37,579 nt of DNA, taken from the IMG/VR virus record IMGVR_UViG_3300047505_000026, positions 1 to 37,579 of that record. One strand, 5' to 3'. Positions 25,206 to 34,293 of this stretch are shown piece after piece. Within the stretch, counting starts at the first letter, position 1, and every line of letters starts with the position of its first letter. The position numbers and the translations under genes were made by a program. The notes beneath the pieces were generated by a model, which saw only the letters and a list, made by a program, of their open reading frames with translations, did no database searches and was not told the origin of the DNA. Source of the stretch: a virus. Taxonomy: Duplodnaviria > Caudoviricetes.

Positions 25206-25834
25206 GTCTTAAAAATCTCCCAATCCGGCTCAAAAGGTTTATCATCCTGTTTTATATACGAGCAGAATACGTAATCCCGCCCGTGATGTCTCTTATCATT
25301 CTGATTGTCTCTTAACTCTAATATTTTATAGTTATTGGCCTTGCACAAGTTATTGAAGAAATCAAAGGTATAATGATAGCTGCCATGATTCTTAAAAGAA
25401 CCTACCATCGGCAGGGTATGGATATAAAGACAGCCGGCCTTGCCCATATCGTGAATATTTTGCCATGCCAGCCATTGTCCTTCGCCCGGCTGCCATTCGT
25501 CTCTCTGCGTAACCGCGCCGCCCCGGACGTGTTCCATATCACCGAAATCAGTGATAATATCAAAGCCCTTAATAAACTTTGGAATTGGTATAGGCTCACA
25601 CAAGTCCAGTGGAATAGCGCCATCAAGCCCATTCCAGTCGATTGAATGATGATTGCACCTGAGGCTCAGGAAATATTCTTTTGATTTTCCTGTCTTTATT
25701 TTGTACTTCTCTTTTACAGGATTTCTTATGCCCTGATTACCCAATTCGAGGAGCCAGACACCGTTAAGATTTTTAATGTTCATTGAGTAAAGTGAATCAT
25801 AGAAAAAATCCATCGTATCGACATTTATGCCCAT
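25190..25834 (-). CDS. Class I SAM-dependent methyltransferase-like protein
   Basis: LLELGNQ, SIDWNG...LDL, FDIITDFGDMEHV, GCLYIHTLP. Confidence 0.75.
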   Translation of the reverse strand: MGINVDTMDFFYDSLYSMNIKNLNGVWLLELGNQGIRNPVKEKYKIKTGKSKEYFLSLRCNHHSIDWNGLDGAIPLDLCEPIPIPKFIKGFDIITDFGDMEHVRGGAVTQRDEWQPGEGQWLAWQNIHDMGKAGCLYIHTLPMVGSFKNHGSYHYTFDFFNNLCKANNYKILELRDNQNDKRHHGRDYVFCSYIKQDDKPFEPDWEIFKTWIHR

Positions 25835-26898
25835 ATAATCTCCATCAGCTTTTTAATAACGTTTTCGGTTTGGAACTCCTTCGATATGCGGATGGAATTT
25901 TTACTCATAGCTTTTACTGTATCAGGATGCTCAACCAGGTACACAATAGCCTTGTAATAGTCCTCGAATGACCGGCAAAGAATACCATTATTATTGTTGA
26001 TAACCTGATCCGAAGTGCCTCCCTTATCGAGAGCAATCACCGGCAGCCCCGCCATCATAGCCTCTGCGATTACCCTTGCCCACGGCTCCTCACGCTTATA
26101 TTCAGGAAAGAAAACAAATATGTCCAGGCCATCGAGGAAATCAGCGACGGTCTTTTCGTCTTCTTTGAGACATACGGCATTATTCATCTTCTTTGCTATT
26201 TCGCCCTTCATGCCCATAAAAGCGAACTCAATATCAGGATACCTGCCTTTTGTCATCTTAGTCAGTTCAGGCCAGCTTGGGTTCCACTTACTGCCCAGCT
26301 TCTTTGAATGGCATCCGAACGACTTTGCTTTATCCCTGATTCGCGTCTTAACCCTGTCAGGACTTATCGGGCTTGGCAGGATATACCTCGGAAGCTGCCA
26401 GACCTTATCGTACCTGTCCTGTGAGCCTATCTCATTGAAGAACTTCCTGTTAGTAGTGATTATTGTTGTATCGACAATCTCGGCAATCTCATTCAAATGC
26501 TGGACAGGACTTATCAAAAAGTTATAAAGAAACCCCATCTTTTTGACGCGCTTAAGGTCAATTATGTTATCCGTTCTGTGCGTTTTGCCCTGCCAGTAAT
26601 CCATAGTGGAGAACTCTTTGCAGTCCGTATTTACCACGAGAACGAAATCTGATTCGTAGAAGTTATCCTGATGCTCAAAAGCGTCCGTGACTATCTTTAC
26701 GTCTTGAGCAATAAACGGTCTCAGTGATTCGGGAAATCCCTTTTCCGCCAGGATACATGCCTGATTGTCCGTATATTTGGCAATGCCGTTGGCAAGTTCT
26801 ACACACCTGCGTTCCGAACCGCCCGCCATATCAAATTTTGAGAATATAGAAATCATACACCGATTTATTGCTCCAGAATCTTTCTTGGCTGCGTTCAT
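25825..26898 (-). CDS. GT4-family (GT-B) glycosyltransferase
   Basis: GGSERR, DIFVF, EPWARVIAEAMMAGLPVIA..GG (EX7E motif), NG. Confidence 0.9.
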   Translation of the reverse strand: MNAAKKDSGAINRCMISIFSKFDMAGGSERRCVELANGIAKYTDNQACILAEKGFPESLRPFIAQDVKIVTDAFEHQDNFYESDFVLVVNTDCKEFSTMDYWQGKTHRTDNIIDLKRVKKMGFLYNFLISPVQHLNEIAEIVDTTIITTNRKFFNEIGSQDRYDKVWQLPRYILPSPISPDRVKTRIRDKAKSFGCHSKKLGSKWNPSWPELTKMTKGRYPDIEFAFMGMKGEIAKKMNNAVCLKEDEKTVADFLDGLDIFVFFPEYKREEPWARVIAEAMMAGLPVIALDKGGTSDQVINNNNGILCRSFEDYYKAIVYLVEHPDTVKAMSKNSIRISKEFQTENVIKKLMEIIWA

Positions 26899-27242
26899 TC
26901 GTGTACGCCCCCTGCAAGCAACCTGTCCACAACCAGCTTTCTTGTAGTTACGGTCTTGGTTGTCGAGTTGAAGGTCAGCTCCGAATCCGCAGCGTGCTGG
27001 CCGGACTCGTTAAACTGGATTTCACCATCCGAGCCGGCAACGGCATCGAGTCCTGCGACAGCCGCCTCAAGCGCATCTATATCGCTTGCATTTGTCGCAA
27101 TATCAGCCAGGGCAGTAAGGATACTGTCGTTAATTTCCGACAGACTCATATTGACGTTGAGAAGGCGCCATATCTCATTTATGACCTTCTCAAGCTGTAC
27201 CCAGTCTTTCGGTCTGATAGGTTTCCACTGTACCTGTGCCAT
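26895..27242 (-). CDS. Short tail-fibre-like / adaptor protein (115 aa)
   Basis: Heptad coiled coil followed by GSDGEIQFNESG...LTFN, a pattern seen in phage fibres. Confidence 0.55.
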   Translation of the reverse strand: MAQVQWKPIRPKDWVQLEKVINEIWRLLNVNMSLSEINDSILTALADIATNASDIDALEAAVAGLDAVAGSDGEIQFNESGQHAADSELTFNSTTKTVTTRKLVVDRLLAGGVHE

Positions 27243-27248
27243 AGTCTT

Positions 27249-27794
27249 TTATCCAATAGAACCCAGCGTATTCATAATAAGGGCGTCACGCTGCGTTTTA
27301 AGTTGCTGAGCCGTAAGGTTAGCCTGTCCCATCTGGTTCAGTGCATTACTGAGTAGGTTGACCCGCTCATCCTCAATTTTGGCGTTTGCCAGTCCGACAT
27401 CCGAACCGATTCTCGCGGCAAGTCCGGCAGCGTTGGTCCCGCTGCTCATTCCGGTCTGGGCAAGCCCGATTTGTCCGGTGGCAAGAGCCTGATTTGCAGA
27501 CTTGGCAACTTCTGCCTTCGCTCCGGCCCCGTACTGACCACCGGGCTGAAACAGGTTTGCAACCTGTGCAAATTCGCTCGGTACGGTAACTCCAGTATTT
27601 CCGGTAATCGAGCCGAAGGCGTCTTTGAACATCGAAAGCACCTCGTTCCACTGCTTCTGTTTGAATGCCAACTGCTGCTGTTCGACTACTTGTTGCTGTT
27701 TTATGACCTTGAGTTGATTCTCGGTCAGCATATTCTGATACCACGGTTGATTTTCTGTTGGGATTCTACTTGCCAATACATCAAGTGTTGACAT
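27249..27794 (-). CDS. Putative DNA ejection/pilot protein (181 aa)
   Basis: Gln/Ala/Gly-rich; follows the nozzle gene as in P22-like gene order. Confidence 0.5.
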   Translation of the reverse strand: MSTLDVLASRIPTENQPWYQNMLTENQLKVIKQQQVVEQQQLAFKQKQWNEVLSMFKDAFGSITGNTGVTVPSEFAQVANLFQPGGQYGAGAKAEVAKSANQALATGQIGLAQTGMSSGTNAAGLAARIGSDVGLANAKIEDERVNLLSNALNQMGQANLTAQQLKTQRDALIMNTLGSIG

Positions 27795-27796
27795 AT

Positions 27797-29341
27797 TTAT
27801 ACTCCTTTCGCCTCACCTGCATCGGTGATTTTGGTCGTTATTCGTTCTAATGCGAAACGCTCATCGGCTTGATTGTTTCTCAACTGGATTGCAAAGACAG
27901 AGCCTTTTGTTCGCGGTCGATATACTGGCCTCTGCCCGCCGCCTGTCATAGTAACCGCCGCCTTCGGCGTATCGGCATTCTTAACGGCATTAACAACCGT
28001 CTCAGCCGAGTCGCCCGCATAGACCTGAACATCAACACCATCGGTCTCAGTGCCGAGCCTTGCCGACATCTCGGCTATCTGGCCTGACCTTCTCATCTTC
28101 TGGAATGCCTGGAACGGCCCCAGCGTACAATAAGCATCAATGGCATTGTCGCCCTCATCGTTCTTTGCAGTATCATCGTATTTCCTGATATAGCCATCCT
28201 GACAGCCCATTAAGAGTCCACGTGTATCCGACTTGCGAGAATTGTAATAGTACAGTGAAGCGGCGTAATGGTCTGCGTCTGCGTGGCTCTGCGGGAATAA
28301 GGCGTTCAGTCTCAAGTCCCAGAAGAAAGATGTGCCGTACAGTCCGTCAAACTGAGTAATCCTGATTTCTATACCGTACCTGTCCTTGTCATATTCCATA
28401 ACAACACGGTCTGTCCGTCGGTTAAGACCGAGACTCTTAACGAGGTTCGGCAGTCTCGTGAAAGTTAGATTTTCCGGCGGCGTGCCATCGAAGCCCGCCC
28501 CGGCTGTGAACATATAGAACCCGTCCATACTCATAAAGAACAGGTTGCCCTTATCATCGAATGCCCAGGCGTCCGGCCCGAACATCCCTACCTTTCGGCT
28601 GGCGTTGGTGATTTGTGCGCCGGAGCCGGGGTCGCCACGCATTATCCAGATTTCATCCAGACATCCGAAGTACATATAATGGTCGAGGAACGGTACCATT
28701 GCACAGATAGCATCGCCCACAACGCCTAACTGAGACGTTTGTGAGCTTACAGGCGTTCCGACATCATCTTGAGAGACGAGGCAGTCCTGCGGGTCCTGGT
28801 GCCTCGTAGCGAGCCACTGGTTCGGGTTCTGGATACTGTTCATAATTATACGGCCTGAGAACAGGCACCCGATATTCGAGCCGCCAATCGGCAGGTAATT
28901 CGTGGCATCCGTAATCAAGCCTGTGCAAGCAGCCGGGCTTGCCAGTTTTCGAGTTGTCCACGCCGTCCAGTGCGGCGGATAGCCCACAGCAGAGGGCGTT
29001 ACCGTAGCGCTCGTAGTCTGGCCTGTAATTACATGCGAAGTATCGAATGCCGTTACCTCGGTTCGATATATGTAGTGGTCGTTACCGATAGTTTCATCGA
29101 ATATGCCAATAGCCCCGTTTGTTGCCTGAACAACGGTCTCGCCACGTGAAAAGACTCCGGTAGCAACGCCAGTCAGCTTATCGCAGTTGAAGTTCAATTT
29201 GTGATAACAGCCGTCCGCTTTTTTTCGTCCATCTGCAAACCAAATACTTTGAAAAGCAGGCACCATCATCAAGTAACCGCCTGTTACCAAATCGCCTGGA
29301 GTAAAACCGTGATTTGCGTCCAAAAGTGTTAAAGTTGCCAT
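27797..29341 (-). CDS. Tail nozzle / DNA-stabilisation-like beta-propeller protein (main part)
   Basis: Beta-rich repeats (GRIIM, YFGC.DEIW, LFFMS.DGFY, LMG..DGYIRKYD) and C-terminal R.KG..F.IQL segment typical of gp10/gp12-like proteins. Confidence 0.7.
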   Translation of the reverse strand: MATLTLLDANHGFTPGDLVTGGYLMMVPAFQSIWFADGRKKADGCYHKLNFNCDKLTGVATGVFSRGETVVQATNGAIGIFDETIGNDHYIYRTEVTAFDTSHVITGQTTSATVTPSAVGYPPHWTAWTTRKLASPAACTGLITDATNYLPIGGSNIGCLFSGRIIMNSIQNPNQWLATRHQDPQDCLVSQDDVGTPVSSQTSQLGVVGDAICAMVPFLDHYMYFGCLDEIWIMRGDPGSGAQITNASRKVGMFGPDAWAFDDKGNLFFMSMDGFYMFTAGAGFDGTPPENLTFTRLPNLVKSLGLNRRTDRVVMEYDKDRYGIEIRITQFDGLYGTSFFWDLRLNALFPQSHADADHYAASLYYYNSRKSDTRGLLMGCQDGYIRKYDDTAKNDEGDNAIDAYCTLGPFQAFQKMRRSGQIAEMSARLGTETDGVDVQVYAGDSAETVVNAVKNADTPKAAVTMTGGGQRPVYRPRTKGSVFAIQLRNNQADERFALERITTKITDAGEAKGV

Positions 29342-31035
29342 TAAGAAAACTCCTCATAATAAATAAGGTCCATTCCTACACAGACAAACTGGCTTCGATA
29401 CCGTGAACCACCTTTTGCAAGTAGTTCTTCATCCGTTACCCACGTTCCGGTAACATCATCGAATACAAGGTCAGGATTATATGCCTCAGCTCTTTCGGCA
29501 GGAAAACTCAAGACAGTCGCGGGTTCAAGCGGGCTCGTTGAACTGCTTTGAGAACTGGATGAATGCGAGCTTGACGAATGAGACGAACTATGGCTCGATG
29601 AAGAATGACTGCTGCTGTGACTACTGGAACTATGTGATGAGCTGCTATGCGAACTTGAACTGTGAGAGCTTGACGAATGGCTGCTTGACGGCTGCGAGCT
29701 ATGACTACTGCTACTGTGACTGGATGAACTATGAGACGAAGATGAAGCATCCTCTTCGTATGTCTCGAAATACATATCGCCGACTGTTGACATTGTCCAC
29801 GTAATGCCACCATCAAGTGAATACCCATAAGAACCACCGGAATATGTTGGACTACTGACATCACACGCCCACCATAATCGTTGATATGCACTTGCACATA
29901 AAGCAACTATGGAGTATTTTGTCCCATTACTCGAATTAAAGGTAAGTACAAATTCTTCCCATTGTCCGCCAGTTGTTAGCTCCATACCAGTTCTGACTGC
30001 TGAACTTAAATCCGTACCAGTGGGCTTACCCGTACCGTCAGTTGCTCTTATCGAAAATGTTACGTTGCCTGGGTCTGAACTTCTGGCAATATAAACTCTT
30101 ATTTTTATTATAGTATAATCTTTGCTGGCTGTGAAAGTTTGGCAATATAATTGGGTACTACTTATTGATACCCAACTATCCCTATTCGTATTGTAATAAT
30201 CAACTATACTGTGACTGGACGAACTATGGGACGAGCTGCTGTGAGAACTCGAATGAGAACTTGATGAGTGACTGCTTGAGGCAAACGAGCTATGACTGCT
30301 GCTGCTGCTGTGTGAACTACTTGAATGTGAACTGCTTCGAGAGCTTGAACTATGACTCGACGAAGAGTGACTGCTCGACCTCGAAGACGAACTGTGTGAA
30401 CTTGAACTGTGTGAGCTGCTCGAATGAGAACTGCTCAAGGAACTATGACTTGAAGATGAATGGCTCGAACTGCTATGAGAGCTGCTTGAGTGACTGCTAC
30501 TTCGAGACGATGAACTATGACTGCTCGACCTCGAAGAACTTGAACTGCTATGGGACGAACTCGAATGAGACGAACTGCTTCGACTGCTACTTGAAGATGA
30601 AGGTTCTATACCTGTACCGTAAAGACTTATCAATCCATAATCTACGGGAGTAAAGTCCATATTGTAATTACCAAACCAACTACCATTCCTTAAACAACGA
30701 TATGGACTACCGCCCGATGTGGCAATATCAATTTTTCCTGATGAGTAATAACAACCGAGAAAATCTCCTGTTAGAACATCCAAAGAAACCGCGAAAGTTT
30801 GTTTTGAACCGGCAGTTACCGCACCAATAACTTCACTATCTCTACATTTAAAAGTATAATCAGAAACAAGATAAAATGTGCCTACTTTGAAATTATCTAA
30901 ATCTTCATTGGCAAAGACTTCTATAGATGTGATAGTACCATCGGCATTTGCCGGATTACTCATATCAAACGTTGTGTAATCGGCTATTCCTGTGGATGCT
31001 CTATCAATCGCTGCTGAGCCTACGTCTATAGCCAT
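29341..31035 (-). CDS. Two-domain beta-sandwich virion appendage protein with two Ser/His linkers (564 aa)
   Basis: Domain 1, 131-aa repeat, domain 2 (QTFTA...I..I.VY...PTG...W..F), 69-aa repeat, then a C-terminal module shared with 31035-31703. Confidence 0.75.
   Translation of the reverse strand: MAIDVGSAAIDRASTGIADYTTFDMSNPANADGTITSIEVFANEDLDNFKVGTFYLVSDYTFKCRDSEVIGAVTAGSKQTFAVSLDVLTGDFLGCYYSSGKIDIATSGGSPYRCLRNGSWFGNYNMDFTPVDYGLISLYGTGIEPSSSSSSRSSSSHSSSSHSSSSSSRSSSHSSSSRSSSHSSSSHSSSSHSSSSHSSLSSSHSSSSHSSSSHSSSSRSSSHSSSSHSSSSRSSSHSSSSHSSSSSHSSFASSSHSSSSHSSSHSSSSHSSSSHSIVDYYNTNRDSWVSISSTQLYCQTFTASKDYTIIKIRVYIARSSDPGNVTFSIRATDGTGKPTGTDLSSAVRTGMELTTGGQWEEFVLTFNSSNGTKYSIVALCASAYQRLWWACDVSSPTYSGGSYGYSLDGGITWTMSTVGDMYFETYEEDASSSSHSSSSHSSSSHSSQPSSSHSSSSHSSSSHSSSSHSSSSHSSSHSSSSHSSSHSSSSHSSSSQSSSTSPLEPATVLSFPAERAEAYNPDLVFDDVTGTWVTDEELLAKGGSRYRSQFVCVGMDLIYYEEFS
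29539..29745 (-). repeat. (Ser4-His)n coding tract, 69 codons
   Basis: Direct translation. Confidence 0.95.
30208..30600 (-). repeat. (Ser4-His)n coding tract, 131 codons
   Basis: Direct translation. Confidence 0.95.
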
Positions 31036-31703
31036 TATGAGTACTCCTCATAATAAATCAAATTATGACCGGCAACTACAAGGTTCTGATTCCAGCGCCC
31101 GCCGCCCGCCGCCACGATAGATAGAGGCGCTTCGTCCCAGTGCGGCGGCGTATATACATCATCAACCCATTCACCCGGCACCCAGTATAAATCGTTATCG
31201 TAATCGACAGGACGGGTATCAGGGATTGTTGGCGTAACAGGTTCGGGAGGTAATTGTGCGCCTACAGGAAGGATTGTTATTTCGTATTCTTCATAAGAAG
31301 TTCCGCTCCAATGCCATGAACCATCATAATAACCATAAACATAACAATGTACGAGTTTGTATTTTCCTTCTGGCAAATCAGGAGGAATCTCAACTTCAAG
31401 TAATCTCCAAAAACCGCTTGTAAGATTACCTGAAGATTCAGATACTACTTCAACATTTTCAATAACAGCATCGGGGTCAAAAGTGCTGCTTCCATATTTA
31501 TCTAAGGGTGGAACAGGAAATTCATAATCTTTTTGAAATAAAACACTTTTGCCAACATATTGATTTCCCGGCAAAGGCATTAAGTCCCACCAATGAATTG
31601 TTTGAGGTGAAAAAGTTTCAACTGCCTTCGCCCATACTTCAAATGAGTATGTCCCCCCTGCAACCCAAACACCGTGATATTGTACGTTCCTGAAATAAGG
31701 CAT
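31035..31703 (-). CDS. Virion protein (222 aa) with an Ig-like N-terminal domain and the shared C-terminal module
   Basis: IPPDLPEGKY Ig-like pattern; C-terminus paralogous to that of 29341-31035. Confidence 0.65.
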   Translation of the reverse strand: MPYFRNVQYHGVWVAGGTYSFEVWAKAVETFSPQTIHWWDLMPLPGNQYVGKSVLFQKDYEFPVPPLDKYGSSTFDPDAVIENVEVVSESSGNLTSGFWRLLEVEIPPDLPEGKYKLVHCYVYGYYDGSWHWSGTSYEEYEITILPVGAQLPPEPVTPTIPDTRPVDYDNDLYWVPGEWVDDVYTPPHWDEAPLSIVAAGGGRWNQNLVVAGHNLIYYEEYS

Positions 31704-31704
31704 A

Positions 31705-32007
31705 TTATGTTGGCAAACCTCCCGAAGATGAAGAGGAACCTGCTGCTACGACCGGCTGGATAAAGGTATTACTGATTGAAACCATCTTGACCACCGGATA
31801 CGTCCCCCCAATTTGAGTAGTATAAGCCTTAACCGTACCCGGCCTCTGTCCCATCCTTGCCCGTTCTTTATCAGGGTCATAAGGTCTCATATTCATACAC
31901 ACCGGCGTAGTGAAAGGCGGCTTCTGCTCAAAGGCAAGGTTCTCCGATATGCCCGCTAAGGGCGGCTCAAGCTCGATACTTCTTTCAGGTAGTTTCTGTT
32001 GTGCCAT
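31705..32007 (-). CDS. Protein resembling the N-terminal segment of tail nozzle proteins
   Basis: PLAGI.EN...P.TTP.C.N....R.GQRPG; SD ggag favours start MAQQK at 32007; ends in GSSSSSGG. Confidence 0.6.
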   Translation of the reverse strand: MAQQKLPERSIELEPPLAGISENLAFEQKPPFTTPVCMNMRPYDPDKERARMGQRPGTVKAYTTQIGGTYPVVKMVSISNTFIQPVVAAGSSSSSGGLPT

Positions 32008-32045
32008 AATCAAGCTCCATGTTTTGCAGGAGAAAATGCTACGCA

Positions 32046-33065
32046 TTAGCTCCCATTAAAAGTTGCGGTTCCATCGAACAGGTCATGCTCGTTGACCATG
32101 TTATGCGTTTCATCACTTCCATCCCCGTTATATCCGTAATGAACAATGGCCTCGCCCAGTGTCCGGTCGTGGTCGATACTGGCCGTGAGCAGTCCCCCGA
32201 ACCGGATTTGATGTTCGCCGTTGCCGCCGTTGTTCTCTCGGCTCTCGGCAATAGCAAGGCAGCTCTCTAAGATTGTCTCTGAGTGCGCCGCCGAGCCGTA
32301 AGGATATTCGAGGGTAGTTAAGACCAGTGCATCCGGCAGGATATAGTACCTGTAATGCAGGGTAAGTGCTGTATCAGGCGGGTTATGGAACATAACCTCC
32401 CATCTCTGCCCTGAAGTGCCTGCCATCGTCTTTGGGACAATGGCGGCGCAATAGGGTGTTCCTGTGGATATACAATGCTGCCTCAATCTTCGGAGCTGCT
32501 GTTCAGCAGTTACGGTAATAGTTTCGAGTTTGTTGTTATCACGGTCATAGACAAAGTTTCCTTCACCGCTCATACCGCCGTAATCCCACGGCATTGTGAA
32601 GGTATCGCCGGAGTCGATTGTAAGAACCCCCGTCTCTAAATGAGCATCCCCTGAGACAACTACAACGGTCGATGATGTATAGGAAACGATTGTATAAGAG
32701 TTTCCCGTAGTTGCACAAACCAGCGATTTGCCTTCCATAGATGGGTAGAATCCTGCCGCTGTTGTCGTTATTGTGGTATTGGGTGAGGCATAGACAGCCG
32801 TACTGATTGTAAGGGCATCGGCTGCTACGACATCCGGCCAAATAACAAGCGTACTTCTTGGCCGAAGGAAACTCCACCTGTGCGCAGCTTCGTTCTGACT
32901 GGTTCGCAGGGGAAAGTAAAAGTTACGCAATCCTCTTTTGATTATGGCGGTTACATCGGCAATCTCATCGGCTGACCAGTTGGCGTAGGTCCGGTCCAGG
33001 CCGAGAAACCTTCCGATTTCGGTTCTTAACTCTGTGAACGTGATATTAAGCGTTGATTCAGCCAT
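32046..33065 (-). CDS. Head-tail adaptor / tail tubular protein A-like
   Basis: T..ELR.EI..FL, HRWSFLR, P.DY, GTPY, F..PPD....L.YRYY; Thr-rich inserted domain. Confidence 0.7.
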   Translation of the reverse strand: MAESTLNITFTELRTEIGRFLGLDRTYANWSADEIADVTAIIKRGLRNFYFPLRTSQNEAAHRWSFLRPRSTLVIWPDVVAADALTISTAVYASPNTTITTTAAGFYPSMEGKSLVCATTGNSYTIVSYTSSTVVVVSGDAHLETGVLTIDSGDTFTMPWDYGGMSGEGNFVYDRDNNKLETITVTAEQQLRRLRQHCISTGTPYCAAIVPKTMAGTSGQRWEVMFHNPPDTALTLHYRYYILPDALVLTTLEYPYGSAAHSETILESCLAIAESRENNGGNGEHQIRFGGLLTASIDHDRTLGEAIVHYGYNGDGSDETHNMVNEHDLFDGTATFNGS

Positions 33066-33066
33066 T

Positions 33067-33546
33067 TTATTTCTTCTTTCTGAATTTCAGATATTCGCCT
33101 GATACGACTTTCTTTATCATATCAGCTTTTGTTTGGAATGGCGGATTCCAGCCCAGCGTATCCCTGCAATAAATCCGAAGTTCCGGGTACGTTAATCTTT
33201 GAAGCTCTACCTCAGAAGGCGGCTTATTAACTGCCGGGACATCCATAACTCCGAGCGGCGCAGGTGTTTCTAATGTTTCCAACTTTGCATCTGATTTCGT
33301 TTCGGTGATTTGTTCAGGTTCGGAAGTATCAACAAGAGGAGCGATTATCTTTTCCTGCTGCGGTATGAGATTCGTATTGGTTTGTGTTGCCATTGCTGCG
33401 ATAAGAACAAGGTCAAGAGGTCGCATAATCGGCTGGTCTATCCTGTCGGAATAGAACCTCACCTTTTCATACAGGTCTTTCACTTTCTGCGGTATCTCTG
33501 CCGGTGCGAACATCTGCGTAAATATTGATTCTACTGTTTCATTCAT
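33067..33546 (-). CDS. Hypothetical protein with C-terminal Rho-N/SAP-like helical motif
   Basis: SD gaaagg favours start MNETV at 33546; LQRLTYPELRIYC..LG.....KADMIKKV. Confidence 0.6.
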   Translation of the reverse strand: MNETVESIFTQMFAPAEIPQKVKDLYEKVRFYSDRIDQPIMRPLDLVLIAAMATQTNTNLIPQQEKIIAPLVDTSEPEQITETKSDAKLETLETPAPLGVMDVPAVNKPPSEVELQRLTYPELRIYCRDTLGWNPPFQTKADMIKKVVSGEYLKFRKKK

Positions 33547-33574
33547 GATAATAACCTTTCGAGTTTGGTTGATA

Positions 33575-33606
33575 AATATATGGGGGCTGGACGTTCCAAC
33601 CCCCAT
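33575..33606 (-). terminator. Hairpin downstream of the capsid-associated genes
   Basis: atgggggttgga-acg-tccagcccccat followed by an A/T-rich tail. Confidence 0.5.
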
Positions 33607-33626
33607 TTACAACTAATTTAATCCTT

Positions 33627-34280
33627 TCAACCGGACGAGCGGCTGCTATGGCTGCTGCTCGAATGGCTACTACTTCGACTTGAGTGACTGCTCGAACTGT
33701 GACTACTGCTTCTGCTGCTCGAAGAGTGACTACTGCTTCTGCTACTCGAATGACTCGAAGATGAGTGGCTTGAGCTGCTATGAGAAGAGCTTCGGCTACT
33801 CGATGAATGACTCGAGCTCGAATGCGAACTTGACGAGTGACTACTACTCGAGTGGCTGCTTGACCGACTTGAACTCGAATGAGACGAACTCGAATGAGAC
33901 GAACTTGAGTGAGACGAACTCGAATGAGAGGAGCTCGAATGACTCGAACTCGAATGACTGCTCGATGAACTGGAATGAGACGAGCTTGAGTGAGAACTCG
34001 AACTGTGCGAGCTTGAGCTTGACGAAAATCCGACTGCGTTAAATGCTGAGAATGAACATGATGTAATACTGCCGGTATTTATGTAAAGCAAGGTCGCATT
34101 AGTAGCGGCGTCAACGTGCGTAAACAGACAGCTTTTAGCATAGCCTGTAGTTCCGCTTGTTGGTACTGTTGTACCCCATGCCCGCAGATAACCTATCTCC
34201 TCGACGTAGAATATACGTCCTGAATCGGGAAATACCGCCTGGTCTGAGGTAAACTGGTTTTGTAACTGGTGTAAAGACAT
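33627..34280 (-). CDS. Capsid-associated protein with a 131-aa Ser/His tail
   Basis: 85-aa domain paralogous to 34294-34548, followed by (SSSSH)n. Confidence 0.8.
   Translation of the reverse strand: MSLHQLQNQFTSDQAVFPDSGRIFYVEEIGYLRAWGTTVPTSGTTGYAKSCLFTHVDAATNATLLYINTGSITSCSFSAFNAVGFSSSSSSHSSSSHSSSSHSSSSSSHSSSSHSSSSHSSSSHSSSSHSSSSHSSSSRSSSHSSSSHSSSSHSSSSHSSSSRSSSHSSSSHSSSSHSSSRSSSHSSSSRSSSHSSSSHSSRSSSHSSSSHSSRSSG
33633..34025 (-). repeat. (Ser4-His)n coding tract, 131 codons
   Basis: Direct translation. Confidence 0.95.
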
Positions 34281-34293
34281 AAAACCCCCTTTC

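Noticed and set aside
23048-26898. Glycosyltransferase cluster as a DNA hypermodification pathway
   Set aside because: No hydroxymethylase, TET/JBP or nucleotide kinase in the window, and the cluster lies in the morphogenesis operon. Disfavoured but not excluded, since part of the genome is outside the window.
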